Positions 1-9,587 of a stretch of DNA of 64,000 nucleotides are shown here, piece after piece. Source of the stretch: Deltaproteobacteria bacterium (GTDB lineage: Bacteria; Desulfobacterota; Deferrimicrobia; Deferrimicrobiales; Deferrimicrobiaceae); the NCBI GenBank assembly GCA_037439645.1, contig JBBIVQ010000002.1, forward strand, positions 2,282 to 66,281, written 5' to 3'. The translations under genes and the position numbers were made by a program. The notes under the pieces are model-generated. The model was not told the origin of the DNA and made no database searches. It saw only the letters and a list, made by a program, of their open reading frames with translations. How positions within the stretch are numbered: the first letter of the stretch is position 1; every line of letters starts with the position of its first letter.

Positions 1-2
1 AT

Positions 3-89
3 CCGTGGGTGACGAATCCCGACGGATCGATCCGGAGCTATTACCTGTACCGAAACAACGGGCAGGGCAAGTCGCTCGTGCTGCCTTGA
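3..89 (+). CDS. 3' end of an unidentified gene truncated by the window edge
   Basis: Open frame PWVTNPDGSIRSYYLYRNNGQGKSLVLP ending at TGA 87-89; too short to identify. Confidence 0.3.
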   Translation, partial: PWVTNPDGSIRSYYLYRNNGQGKSLVLP

Positions 90-229
90 ATTGCGGAGGG
101 AAACTCCGGCCGGGTCGGAAAGGGTCGTGAGGCGGGAAAGGGTTTCATCCGGGTTCCGGGGGTGGGCGGTCGGGGCGCCCGCCCCCGGGCTCGTCCGGGG
201 ACGGCGGCCTTCACGACGCAAGGTTCCCT

Positions 230-1420
230 TCAGGCGATGCCCATCGTCTCCAGGAGGATACGATTGACTTCGCGGACGTCGAACTTCCGCTCCGCGATTT
301 CCCGGCTCTTCCGCCCCATCGGTTCGATCCGTTCCGGCTCGAGGGCGAACCGCTCCATGGCTTCCGCCAAACGGGCCGGATCCCGGGGCGGAACGAGAAA
401 GCCGTTCTCGCCGGGCGCGACGGTTTCCCGGCAACCGCGCCAGTTCGTGGTGATGACGGGGCGTCCCATCGCCATCGCTTCGAGGATCGACCGGGGGATC
501 CCCTCGCCGTAACAGGAAGGGAGAACGTACACCCCCGCACGTGCGAGGAACGGGCGGACGTCCCCGGTTTCCCCGGCGTACTCGATCACCCCTTCCTCCA
601 CCCATTCCCGGACGACGCTTCCCGGCAGGGAATCGGGAGAGTCGTCGAGCGGGCCTACCAGCCGGAAAACGGCGGACGGGTGTTTATTTTTCACGATACG
701 CGCCGCATCCACGTATTCCCCGATCCCCTTCTGCCGGATCAGCCGGGCGATCAGCAGGAAAGAGGGGTGCTCCAGGAAAGGGGGCGTCATGGAAAACCGC
801 TCGAGGTCCACGCCGGATCCGTTGACGAGGATGCACTTTTCGGCGGCGACGATCCCGCGTTCCGCGGTGAAGAGACGCAAGTCGTCGGGGTTCTGGAAGA
901 AGACGGCGCGGTTGTACGACAGCGCGAACCGGTAGAGACGAGTGAGTGTGTCGGCGAGGAGCCGGTGGTCGCCCGACGGATCGACGAAGGAGAAACCCGC
1001 GCCCGTGATGATGGAGAAGATCGCGGGGATTTGTGCGAGGCGGCCGGCCATCGATCCGTAGATGACCGGTTTCGCCGTGTAGCACAGGAGCAGGTCGGGC
1101 CGGATGCGGCGGAACAGGCGACATGCCTCGTAGGTGGTATCGAGATCCTGGAGGGGGTTGCGGCCGGTCCGGGCCATTCGCAGCGGCTCGTATCGCACCC
1201 CGATCCCCGCAAGGGCGTGCCGGGCGGAATCGTCCTCGCCGCCGGCCGTTGCGGTTACATCCCAGCCCCGGCGTGCCATCTCCGCGATCAGGGGGCCGCG
1301 GAAGTTGACGAGGGACATCGGCAGGGACCCGAAGACCGCGGCAACCGGGTTTTTTTTCGCCGGGGTCAGGTCCTGCTCCTCTCCGATTCGAGCCACGACT
1401 GGAGCATCAGGATATTCCAT
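230..1420 (-). CDS. Glycosyltransferase family 4 (GT-B fold)
   Basis: SLVNFRGPL N-terminus, KPVIYG, FFQNPDD, GEGIPRSILEAMAMGRPVITT GT4 motif. Start uncertain: ATG 1420 or CTG 1369 overlapping the asnB stop. Confidence 0.9.
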   Translation of the reverse strand: MEYPDAPVVARIGEEQDLTPAKKNPVAAVFGSLPMSLVNFRGPLIAEMARRGWDVTATAGGEDDSARHALAGIGVRYEPLRMARTGRNPLQDLDTTYEACRLFRRIRPDLLLCYTAKPVIYGSMAGRLAQIPAIFSIITGAGFSFVDPSGDHRLLADTLTRLYRFALSYNRAVFFQNPDDLRLFTAERGIVAAEKCILVNGSGVDLERFSMTPPFLEHPSFLLIARLIRQKGIGEYVDAARIVKNKHPSAVFRLVGPLDDSPDSLPGSVVREWVEEGVIEYAGETGDVRPFLARAGVYVLPSCYGEGIPRSILEAMAMGRPVITTNWRGCRETVAPGENGFLVPPRDPARLAEAMERFALEPERIEPMGRKSREIAERKFDVREVNRILLETMGIA

Positions 1421-3351
1421 ATATCGTACTGCCGGTTTTCTTTTCCGGAAAGGTGGGCGGACCACGCGGCCCGGACGGGAGCGGGACGCAGGATTCCTTC
1501 GCGTCGGAGGCGGGACGCGTCGAGGAGCGATTCGGCCCATTCTCGCAGCGGCCCCCGGAGCCAGGAGTCGATCGGCATCCCGAACCCCATCTTCTTCCGG
1601 TCCGTCCACCGCTCCGGCACGTAGCGACGAAGCAACTCCTTTAGGATGCGCTTCCCATCGTGGCCGCGGATCTTGAAGGAGAGCGGAAGGCGCCAGGAGA
1701 ATTCCGCCACCCGGTGGTCGAGAAACGGCATCCGTGTCTCCAGGCTTGCGCCCATCGCGGCACGGTCCGCCTTCACGAGGATGTCATCGGGCAGGTACGT
1801 TACCTGGTCCACGAAGAGCATCCCTTCGAGGAAGCCGAGTGCGGGGGGCCACTCTTCCGGGTGGGTGAGCAGGGACCGCGGCTCCACCCCTCCGGCCGCG
1901 ACCAGGGACGGATCCCGCCAGTGGGAAAGGAGGCGCAGATACATTTCCTGTGGGGAACCCGCGTCGAGAATCCCGGACAACTTCCAGAACCTGTCTCCGG
2001 GGACCCTCTGGCGTTTTCGTTCCGGGAGAACCGCGTAGATCCTCCCGAGGAGACGGTCCCATGATGCAGGCGGTATGCGGCGGATCGCCCCCGCGGCGAG
2101 CGTCCGCAGACCCGGGGGGACCCTTCGTAAAAGTTCCCAGAGGGCGGGAAGGCGGAAATGGCGGTTGTATCCGGCGAACAGTTCGTCCCCGCCGTCACCC
2201 GTAAGGCAAACGGTGACATGTTTGCGCGCAAGACACGCCACCAGGTGCGTCGGGATCTGGGAGCAATCCGCGAAAGGTTCGTCGTAGAGCGTCGCGATCT
2301 TCGGAACGGATTCCAAAGCCTCGCGGGAAGACAGCAGGAATTCCGTGTGGACCGTCCCGAGTCGTCCCGCGACCCCCGCCGCCTGCTTCGCCTCGGAGTA
2401 GTCGTCCTCCTCGAAACCGACGGTGAACGTCCGCACGGGACGGTCGCTTTCGGCCTGGAGCAACGAGACCACCAGGGAGGAGTCGACTCCGCCGGACAGG
2501 AACGCACCGAGGGGAACGTCCGCCGCCTTTTGACCCCGGACCGAACGCCGAAGCAGCCGGTCCAGTTCCTCGATGCCCTCGGTCTCATCCCCGCGAAACG
2601 GGTCCGCCTTCCCGGCCAAGGCGGCATCGAGGGCGCTCCAGTACGGCACGGGCTCGTTCGCTTCGAAGAAGGGGGATCCGCCCTTGAGGCCGACAGCCAG
2701 GAAGGTCCCCGGGGGGAGCTTACGGACTCCCCGGAAGATCGAATGGGGCGCGGGGACGTAGTTGCGCCGGAGGTACATGGCCAGGGCGTCCCGGTCGACC
2801 TCCGGCGCGAAAGTGGGGTGGGCGTGGAACGCCTTGAGCTCGGAGGCGAACAGGAAGGTCCCTCCGGCCGTTCCGTAATACAGGGGCTTCTCCCCGAACC
2901 GGTCCCTCGCGAGAAGGAGAACGGGGCCGGACCGATCGAGCAGGGCGAAGGCGAACATGCCGACGAGGCGGCGAAGGGTCGGCTCGAATCCCCATCGCTC
3001 GAACGCCGACAGGAGCACCTCCGTGTCCGATGTTCCGCGCCAGGCGTGCGCGCGCCCCGCATCCCCTTCCATCTCGTCCCGCAGATCCTGGAAGTTGTAG
3101 ATCTCCCCGTTGTAGACGACGACGTACCTCCCCGAGGGGGAGGCCATCGGCTGGTTTCCTTCCGGCGTCAGGTCCAGGATGGACAGGCGCCTGTGGCCCA
3201 GCGCCACCCCGATCCGTTCCTCCAGCAGGATCCCTCCCGAATCCGGCCCGCGGTGGACGAGCGTCTCCGTCATCCGCCGGATCGTCTCCCGGGGGCAGGA
3301 GCGGGCGGCACCGCCGCTCCCGAATCCCGCGAACCCGCAGATTCCGCACAT
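1366..3351 (-). CDS. asnB: Asparagine synthase (glutamine-hydrolysing)-type amidotransferase, probably a polysaccharide uronate amidase
   Basis: N-terminal MCGI Ntn Cys, HRGPD, LGHRRLSILDL, RDRFGEKPLYY, LSGGVDSS, TGDGGDELFAGY, ETRMPFLD; lies in a polysaccharide cluster. Confidence 0.95.
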   Translation of the reverse strand: MCGICGFAGFGSGGAARSCPRETIRRMTETLVHRGPDSGGILLEERIGVALGHRRLSILDLTPEGNQPMASPSGRYVVVYNGEIYNFQDLRDEMEGDAGRAHAWRGTSDTEVLLSAFERWGFEPTLRRLVGMFAFALLDRSGPVLLLARDRFGEKPLYYGTAGGTFLFASELKAFHAHPTFAPEVDRDALAMYLRRNYVPAPHSIFRGVRKLPPGTFLAVGLKGGSPFFEANEPVPYWSALDAALAGKADPFRGDETEGIEELDRLLRRSVRGQKAADVPLGAFLSGGVDSSLVVSLLQAESDRPVRTFTVGFEEDDYSEAKQAAGVAGRLGTVHTEFLLSSREALESVPKIATLYDEPFADCSQIPTHLVACLARKHVTVCLTGDGGDELFAGYNRHFRLPALWELLRRVPPGLRTLAAGAIRRIPPASWDRLLGRIYAVLPERKRQRVPGDRFWKLSGILDAGSPQEMYLRLLSHWRDPSLVAAGGVEPRSLLTHPEEWPPALGFLEGMLFVDQVTYLPDDILVKADRAAMGASLETRMPFLDHRVAEFSWRLPLSFKIRGHDGKRILKELLRRYVPERWTDRKKMGFGMPIDSWLRGPLREWAESLLDASRLRREGILRPAPVRAAWSAHLSGKENRQYDIWNILMLQSWLESERSRT

Positions 3352-4269
3352 TCAGTACCGTCCCGCCAGGATCAGCATCCGCAGGATCAGCGTGTCCATC
3401 GGGCTCTGCCTCCACACGCCCATGCGGGAGAGGCCGTACCGAAAGCGGGAGAGGAAGTTCTCCCTGGAGCGGAGAAAGGCGTCGAGGACGGCCCGGTTCC
3501 CCGGCTCGAGGCGGTCGGCGAACCGCAGGGAAAACTCGCGGGCCTGGTCGGTGACCCGGTAGGCCCTGTCGGCGTTCGACAGGAACCGCCTTGTCCTGCG
3601 GGCGATTTGAAGCAGCCGATTCGAGGTTCCTCCGACCGTGTTCTTCCCGTGCTGGCGATACCGCACCTGCGGCGTATCGTCGCACAGGACCGTACCGAAC
3701 CCGGAAACGACAAGATAACACCACCAATCGTGCATGAGCGCCCGTTCAGGCAAGGAGGAAAGGATCCATTCCCTCGCCGACGCGTTCAACACGAACGTGC
3801 ATCCTGCCGAAACGTTCTCTACGAGGGCGTTCCCGAATCCCGTTTTCCGGGGCGATCTCGAAAAGCCCAACGGGCGGAGGGCCTCGTCCACGAATTCGAC
3901 CCGGGTGCAGCAGAGCGCCGGCACCCCGGGGTCCGCTTCCTCGAACCGCCGCACCGCATCCGCCAGCTTTTCGGGTTTCCAGACATCGTCCTGGTCGCAG
4001 AAGGCGAAGTAAGCGCTTTTTGAATCGGCCTCCCGGAGCAGCGTGAAGAAACTGCCCACGACGCCGATGTTCTCCCCCTCCGAAAGGCGCATGCCCGGAA
4101 ACGACGGTCGGCAAGATTCCAGGATCTCGAGGGTCCGGTCCGAGGAGCCGTCGTCCCGCACGGAAAGCTTCCAATCGTCGTGGGATTGGAGCCGAAGGCT
4201 GTCGAGCAGGTCCGGCAGGAACCTTTCGCCGTTGAACGTGGAGAGCAGAACGTCAACGGTTCGGTTCAT
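3352..4269 (-). CDS. Glycosyltransferase family 2, rhamnosyltransferase-like
   Basis: VLLSTFNGERFL, RDDGSSD, FCDQDDVW (DxD), MHDWW, YRQHGKN. Confidence 0.9.
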   Translation of the reverse strand: MNRTVDVLLSTFNGERFLPDLLDSLRLQSHDDWKLSVRDDGSSDRTLEILESCRPSFPGMRLSEGENIGVVGSFFTLLREADSKSAYFAFCDQDDVWKPEKLADAVRRFEEADPGVPALCCTRVEFVDEALRPLGFSRSPRKTGFGNALVENVSAGCTFVLNASAREWILSSLPERALMHDWWCYLVVSGFGTVLCDDTPQVRYRQHGKNTVGGTSNRLLQIARRTRRFLSNADRAYRVTDQAREFSLRFADRLEPGNRAVLDAFLRSRENFLSRFRYGLSRMGVWRQSPMDTLILRMLILAGRY

Positions 4270-5446
4270 CGGCCGGTCCGGAGGCGTGCAGTGCCGCCAC
4301 GAAGGCGAGAAAGAAAAGCGGGTTTACGAAGACCGGGTTCGTCCCCGCCGCGAGGAACAAGAGGACCAGCGAGATCCCGATGGCGCGCTTTTCCGGGGAT
4401 CCTCCGCCGATCAGGTTCGCGGTCGTCCGGAGGAAGAGGAACAGGAACGGGAGGAACCAGGCCAGTCCGAATTTCCGGATCGCGTTGAAATGGTCGATCT
4501 CGATGTTCGACACGTCGGCGCCGGCGCCGGTGGAGAAGAACTCCACCCCTGCGCCTTGTCCGAAAAGGAGAGCCGGCGGATTCCGGTCGAACAGTGTCTG
4601 GAGGGAATCGAGGTGGCGGAGTCGAACACGGGTGGTTTCACCCTCCATCGTGATCCCCGATAAGGCCTCGCGCGTGGCGTCGGGAAGGAAACAATACAAT
4701 GCTGCCGCCCCCGCCGCCAAAACGAGGATGGGGAGGACCTTCCTGCTTCTCAGCGCTTCGATCACGTACAGTCCGATGCAAAGCAGGGTCCCCGCCCGGG
4801 ATAAGGAGAGGACCAGGCCGATGAAGGAGACCCGGGCGGCGAATCGCCTCCCGGTCAGGTGAAAGTACGCGAATGCCGGGACCAGGAAGAGCGTGGCCCG
4901 GAAGTACGTGTTCGGCAGGTCGAGGTCGCCTGCTTTCCTGGTCCCGAAGTAACCGAATCCGGGCGAAGAGAGCGTCTCCAGCAGATTCGCGACCGGCGCG
5001 CGGTCCGGGATCCAAAGAAAGAGCGGGAAGAGCACGATCACCGCGACCGCAAGGGGAAGCGTGCTCCAGCAGAAGATCCGGTAGGGGATCGGGTTCCCGG
5101 GATCGAGTCTCCTGAGCAGCAGGAACAGAATGGCGGGAGGCAGGAACGGGGTGACCTGGCTGACGGCGAGCATGGGATCCGCACCTGCCGCGAGGCCGGT
5201 ACAAAGCGCGAGGGAAGGGTACGCAAGGAACAGGAACATCAGGAAGTTCGAAACGGGGAGTTCGAGGCGGACCTTTCCAAGACCCGTTCCGGCGAGGATC
5301 GCCGCCGGGAGATACGACGCGTATTTCAGGCCGATCGTTCCACCCATATCGAGGGTGTTGGCGGCGAACAGGAAGAAAAGCGTTGCAGACACGAGGGACG
5401 GAAGGGAGAAGTCCGCGGATTCGGAGAACATGGGATGGGAACGCAT
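4253..5446 (-). CDS. O-antigen polymerase/ligase (Wzy/WaaL-like) polytopic membrane protein
   Basis: About 10 hydrophobic segments, SLSRAG motif, periplasmic loop with R..H..S and GQGAG, IDHFN; position in the cluster; start taken at ATG 5446. Confidence 0.7.
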   Translation of the reverse strand: MRSHPMFSESADFSLPSLVSATLFFLFAANTLDMGGTIGLKYASYLPAAILAGTGLGKVRLELPVSNFLMFLFLAYPSLALCTGLAAGADPMLAVSQVTPFLPPAILFLLLRRLDPGNPIPYRIFCWSTLPLAVAVIVLFPLFLWIPDRAPVANLLETLSSPGFGYFGTRKAGDLDLPNTYFRATLFLVPAFAYFHLTGRRFAARVSFIGLVLSLSRAGTLLCIGLYVIEALRSRKVLPILVLAAGAAALYCFLPDATREALSGITMEGETTRVRLRHLDSLQTLFDRNPPALLFGQGAGVEFFSTGAGADVSNIEIDHFNAIRKFGLAWFLPFLFLFLRTTANLIGGGSPEKRAIGISLVLLFLAAGTNPVFVNPLFFLAFVAALHASGPADEPNR

Positions 5447-5492
5447 ATTCACGATCTTGAAGATGGGAAACGGCTCGATGTTTTTTTCGACA

Positions 5493-5501
5493 ACTATACC
5501 A
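5493..5501 (-). promoter_or_regulatory. Candidate extended -10 promoter (TGgTATAGT) for the wzy-like gene
   Basis: TG-n-TATAGT on the minus strand about 46 nt upstream of ATG 5446, in the divergent intergenic region. Confidence 0.4.
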
Positions 5502-5620
5502 TCCCCGTTGCAAGAACTGAAACATTCCCTCGAAGGCAGCTGGATGTTTCCGCCTTTGCGGTCGGAGGGTTTTCGGGTATTCTCTACCCGACAACATATC
5601 GGATTCCGCGAGGTTTCGGA

Positions 5621-7054
5621 ATGAACGTGGCGATCGTGGGAACGGGGTACGTGGGGCTGGTGACCGGGGTGTGCCTCGCAGAGCGGGGGAACGCGGTGCA
5701 CTGTGTCGACACGAACCCGTCGATTCTCGAAAAGCTGAACGCGGGGCAGGTGACCATCTACGAGCCGGGGCTCGACGACATCTACCTGCGCAACCTGAAG
5801 AAAGGGAGGATCTCCTTCTCCGCGGATCTCGAAAAAGCGGTCGTTCCGGCCGAGATCGTCTTCCTGTGCCTGCCCACGCCACCGGGGGAGGACGGCTCCG
5901 CGGACCTCAGGTACATCCTCAAGGTGGCCGAGGACCTCGGGAAGATCTTCGCGAACCGGCCGGACGCCGGGTACAAGGTGGTCGTCGACAAATCGACCGT
6001 GCCGGTGGGGACGAGCGAAAAAGTCCGGTCGGCGATCCGGAAGAACGCGGGGCCGACGTTCGGATTCGACGTCGTGTCGAACCCGGAATTTTTACGCGAG
6101 GGATTCGCGGTCGAAGATTTCCTGCGGCCGGAGCGCGTGGTGATCGGGTCGGGTGCGGAGCGGGCGATCGTGGTGTTGAAAGACCTGTACGAGCCGTTTC
6201 TCCAGCCGGGGAGCAAAGTCATCGTGATGGACGAGAAGAGCGCCGAGGTGACCAAGTACGCGGCGAACGCCTTCCTCGCGTTGAAGATCTCCTACATGAA
6301 CGACCTGTCCAACTTCTGCGACGCGGTGGGGGCCGACATCGACCGGATCCGGGACGGGATCGGCTCCGACTCGCGGATCGGGCACCGGTTCCTCTTCCCC
6401 GGGTTGGGGTACGGCGGGTCGTGCCTCCCCAAGGACGTGAAGGCCCTGCTGAAAAGCGCGTCCGATGCGGGAGCGCCGCTCTCCGTCCTGCAGGCGGTGG
6501 AGGACATCAACCAGGAGCAGCGGAAGCGGTTCTTCCGGAAAATGGCGAGCCACTTCGGAGGCAAGGTCGAGGCGCGGCGGTTCGCCGTCTGGGGGATCGC
6601 GTTCAAGCCGAACACGGACGACACGCGGGAGGCGCCGGTGTTTTACATCATCGACGCGTTGCTGGAGGGGAAGGCGACGGTGGCGGTGTACGACCCCGAG
6701 GCGATGGAAGGGGCGCGGGCCCGGTACGGGGACCGGGTCGAATACGCGGAGTCGTCGTACGGGGCGTTGCAGGGGGCCGACGCGCTGGTGATCGCGACGG
6801 AGTGGAACGAGTTCCGCAAGCCCGACTTCGGGCTGATGAAGACCCTGATGCGGCAGCCGGTTCTCTTCGACGGACGCAACATCTTCGACCCGCGGAAGAT
6901 GCGGGAGCGCGGCTTCCTCTACCATTCGATCGGCCGCAAGGCCCACGAAATCCACGAGGCCCTCGGGGCCGGCGCCCCAATAACCCCCCCAGACCCCCCC
7001 CAGACCCAGAACCGGGACGTTGCTAAAACTACCCCGGAAGTGGGACATAGATGA
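5621..7054 (+). CDS. ugd: UDP-glucose 6-dehydrogenase with a C-terminal extension running through a repeat arm
   Basis: GTGYVG, VDKSTVPVGT, SNPEFLREG, KYAANAFLA, GYGGSCLPKD (catalytic Cys), AFKPNTDDTREAP. Confidence 0.95.
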   Translation: MNVAIVGTGYVGLVTGVCLAERGNAVHCVDTNPSILEKLNAGQVTIYEPGLDDIYLRNLKKGRISFSADLEKAVVPAEIVFLCLPTPPGEDGSADLRYILKVAEDLGKIFANRPDAGYKVVVDKSTVPVGTSEKVRSAIRKNAGPTFGFDVVSNPEFLREGFAVEDFLRPERVVIGSGAERAIVVLKDLYEPFLQPGSKVIVMDEKSAEVTKYAANAFLALKISYMNDLSNFCDAVGADIDRIRDGIGSDSRIGHRFLFPGLGYGGSCLPKDVKALLKSASDAGAPLSVLQAVEDINQEQRKRFFRKMASHFGGKVEARRFAVWGIAFKPNTDDTREAPVFYIIDALLEGKATVAVYDPEAMEGARARYGDRVEYAESSYGALQGADALVIATEWNEFRKPDFGLMKTLMRQPVLFDGRNIFDPRKMRERGFLYHSIGRKAHEIHEALGAGAPITPPDPPQTQNRDVAKTTPEVGHR

Positions 7055-7169
7055 CTGCATAACAACAACTTATCTGCGTATCTACGGAAGCGACATATTG
7101 TGATGGGAAATGGTTTGGATTGATGTCTGTCCCGGTTCTACCGTAGTTTTAGCAACGTCCCGGTTCTGG
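7006..7169. repeat. REPIN-like element A: inverted pair of ~45-bp arms around an 80-bp unique spacer
   Basis: CCAGAACCGGGACGTTGCTAAAACTACCCCGGAAGTGGGACA (+, from 7006) and CCAGAACCGGGACGTTGCTAAAACTACGGTAGAACCGGGACA (-, from 7169). Confidence 0.9.
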
Positions 7170-7210
7170 GGTTCCGGTTCCGGGTGGGTTTGAGAGGTGA
7201 GGAGGGGGAG

Positions 7211-7666
7211 ATGATCGACGGCGTGGTGGTGAAACAGTTGCGGGTGATCCCGGACGAACGCGGGCGGCTGATGGAGATCCTGCGGGAGGACGACGAGATC
7301 TACATGCGGTTCGGCCAGGTGTACCTGACCACCGGGTACCCGGGCGTGGTCAAGGCGTGGCACTACCACAAGGTCCAGTTCGACCACTTCTGCGTGGTGA
7401 AGGGGATGATGAAGGTGGTGCTCTTCGATTCGCGGGACGGCTCCCCGACGAAGGGCGAGGTGAACGAATTCTTCCTTGGAGAGCACCGGCCGATCGTCCT
7501 TCGGATCCCGCCGCTCGTCTACCACGGGTTCAAGACGGTAAGCAGCGAGGAGGCGTTTCTCATCAACGTCTCGACGCAGACGTACAAGTACGACGCGCCG
7601 GACGAGTTCCGCCTTCCCCCGCACGACAACGACATCCCCTACGATTGGGCGAGGAAGGACGGGTGA
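7211..7666 (+). CDS. rmlC: dTDP-4-dehydrorhamnose 3,5-epimerase family cupin
   Basis: DERGRLME, VVKAWHYH, V..G...VV.FD.R..SPT, IPPLVYHGF; upstream of rmlD-rmlB. Confidence 0.9.
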   Translation: MIDGVVVKQLRVIPDERGRLMEILREDDEIYMRFGQVYLTTGYPGVVKAWHYHKVQFDHFCVVKGMMKVVLFDSRDGSPTKGEVNEFFLGEHRPIVLRIPPLVYHGFKTVSSEEAFLINVSTQTYKYDAPDEFRLPPHDNDIPYDWARKDG

Positions 7667-7697
7667 CCGCCTCGGGCGGAGATTCGGTGCCTGCAAC

Positions 7698-8558
7698 ATG
7701 AGGATATCGATCACCGGCGGTCTCGGGCTGCTCGGGACGGAGATCGCGCGGGTATTCGAAGGATCCGCCGGGATCCGGGCGACCGACAGGGAGCAGTGGG
7801 ACGTGACCGACCCCGCGGCGTGCCGGCGCGAGGTCGGCGAATTCCGGCCGGACGTGGTGATCCATTGCGCGGCCTGGACGGCCGTGGACCGGGCGGAGAG
7901 CGAACCGGAGGGGGCCCGGCTCCTCAACGTCGAGGGAACGCGCAACGTCGCGCGCGCCTGCCGGGAGCGCGGGGTCTTGATGGTCACGTTCGGGACCGAC
8001 TACATTTTCGACGGGACGTCGCGCCGGCCGTATCGGGAAGAGGATCCGGCGAACCCGCTCTCCGTGTATGGGAAAACGAAGTGGGCAGCCGAGCAGGCGC
8101 TTCGGGAGGAGGGGGGCGACCACCTGCTGGTGCGCACGCAGTGGATGTTCGGCCCCGCGGGGAGGAATTTCATCCGAACGATTCTCGAGAAGGCGCAACG
8201 GGGAGAAACGCTTCGGGTCGCGTCGGACCAGGTCGGGTGCCCGACGTTTTCGAGGGATCTTGCGGTTGCCGTCCGGAACCTGATCGGTGCGGGCGCCCGG
8301 GGGACGGTCCATTTTTCCGGCGAAGGGAAGACGAGCTGGTTCGGCCTCGCGCGGCATGTGCTGGAGCGTTGCGGGATCCCGACGACGTCGCTGTTGGCCG
8401 CGAAGACCCGGGAGCTGCCGTACCCGGCGCCGAGACCGGCGTACGGCGTGTTGAGCAAGGAGAGGTATCGGAAGATCACCGGGAGCTCTCCGAGACCGTG
8501 GGAGGAGGCGGTCGGGGAGTACCTCGCCATGATCGATCCGGAAAGGGAGGCGCGCTGA
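7698..8558 (+). CDS. rmlD: dTDP-4-dehydrorhamnose reductase
   Basis: TGGLGLLG, HCAAWTAVDRAESE, TDYIFDG, PLSVYGKTK (YxxxK), DQVGCPT, APRPAY. Confidence 0.95.
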   Translation: MRISITGGLGLLGTEIARVFEGSAGIRATDREQWDVTDPAACRREVGEFRPDVVIHCAAWTAVDRAESEPEGARLLNVEGTRNVARACRERGVLMVTFGTDYIFDGTSRRPYREEDPANPLSVYGKTKWAAEQALREEGGDHLLVRTQWMFGPAGRNFIRTILEKAQRGETLRVASDQVGCPTFSRDLAVAVRNLIGAGARGTVHFSGEGKTSWFGLARHVLERCGIPTTSLLAAKTRELPYPAPRPAYGVLSKERYRKITGSSPRPWEEAVGEYLAMIDPEREAR

Positions 8559-9577
8559 TGCGGATTCTCGTCGCCGGGGGGGCCGGATTCATCGGCTCGA
8601 ACTTCGTCCGGTACATCCTCGGGGCCCACAACGACTGGTCCGTGGCGAACGTGGACAAGCTGACCTACGCGGGGAACCTGGCGAACCTGGCGGACGTGGC
8701 AGGGGACCCGCGGTACCGTTTCCACCGGGCGGACATCTGCGACGCGGCCGAGGTGACGAGGATTTTCGCGGAGGAGAAGCCCGATGCGGTCGTCAACTTC
8801 GCCGCCGAGACGCACGTGGACCGCAGCATCGACGACCCGGCCCTCTTCCTGCGAACGAACATCCTTGGGACGCAGGTTCTGCTCGACGCGGTGCGAAAGG
8901 CGAAGGTCTCCCGGTACCTTCAGATTTCGACCGACGAGGTGTACGGCTCGCTGGGGGCCGTCGGGAGGTTCTCCGAGGAGTCGCCGCTGTCGCCCAACTC
9001 GCCTTACGCCGCCAGCAAGACGTCGGCGGACCTGCTGGTGCGGGCGTACGGGAAAACGTTCGGCCTGCCGGTGCTCGTCACCCGCTGTTCGAACAACTAC
9101 GGGCCGTACCAGTTCCCCGAGAAGATCATCCCGTTCTTCGTGACGCTGCTGCACGCGGGGAAGCAGGTCCCCGTGTACGGCGACGGGATGAACGTGCGCG
9201 ACTGGATCCACGTGGAGGACCATTCGCGGGCCGTGGAGGCGGTGCTGCAGCGCGGTCGTCCCGGCGAGATCTACAACGTGGGCGGGGGAAACGAGCGGAC
9301 GAACATCGAGATCACGAAGATGCTGATCGCCGCGATGGGGAAGGACGAACGGGCGATGAAGTTCGTCCCCGACCGGCCGGGCCACGACCGCCGGTACGCG
9401 ATCGACGATTCGAAGATCCGGGCGGAATTGGGTGTCGCCCCTCGGGTCCCGTTCGATGAGGGTCTGCGCGCCACGGTGCGCTGGTACATCGACAACGAAC
9501 CGTGGTGGCGGGCGGTCCAGTCCGGAGAATACCAGTCGTTCTACGACCGTTGGTATGTGAAGAAGTCCCGCACCTGA
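8558..9577 (+). CDS. rmlB: dTDP-glucose 4,6-dehydratase
   Basis: GGAGFIGSNF, DKLTYAGN, FAAETHVDRSI, STDEVYG, SPYAASK, RCSNNYGPYQFPEK, DRPGHDRRYA; TGATG coupling to rmlD. Confidence 0.97.
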   Translation: MRILVAGGAGFIGSNFVRYILGAHNDWSVANVDKLTYAGNLANLADVAGDPRYRFHRADICDAAEVTRIFAEEKPDAVVNFAAETHVDRSIDDPALFLRTNILGTQVLLDAVRKAKVSRYLQISTDEVYGSLGAVGRFSEESPLSPNSPYAASKTSADLLVRAYGKTFGLPVLVTRCSNNYGPYQFPEKIIPFFVTLLHAGKQVPVYGDGMNVRDWIHVEDHSRAVEAVLQRGRPGEIYNVGGGNERTNIEITKMLIAAMGKDERAMKFVPDRPGHDRRYAIDDSKIRAELGVAPRVPFDEGLRATVRWYIDNEPWWRAVQSGEYQSFYDRWYVKKSRT

Positions 9578-9587
9578 TCACGAAACC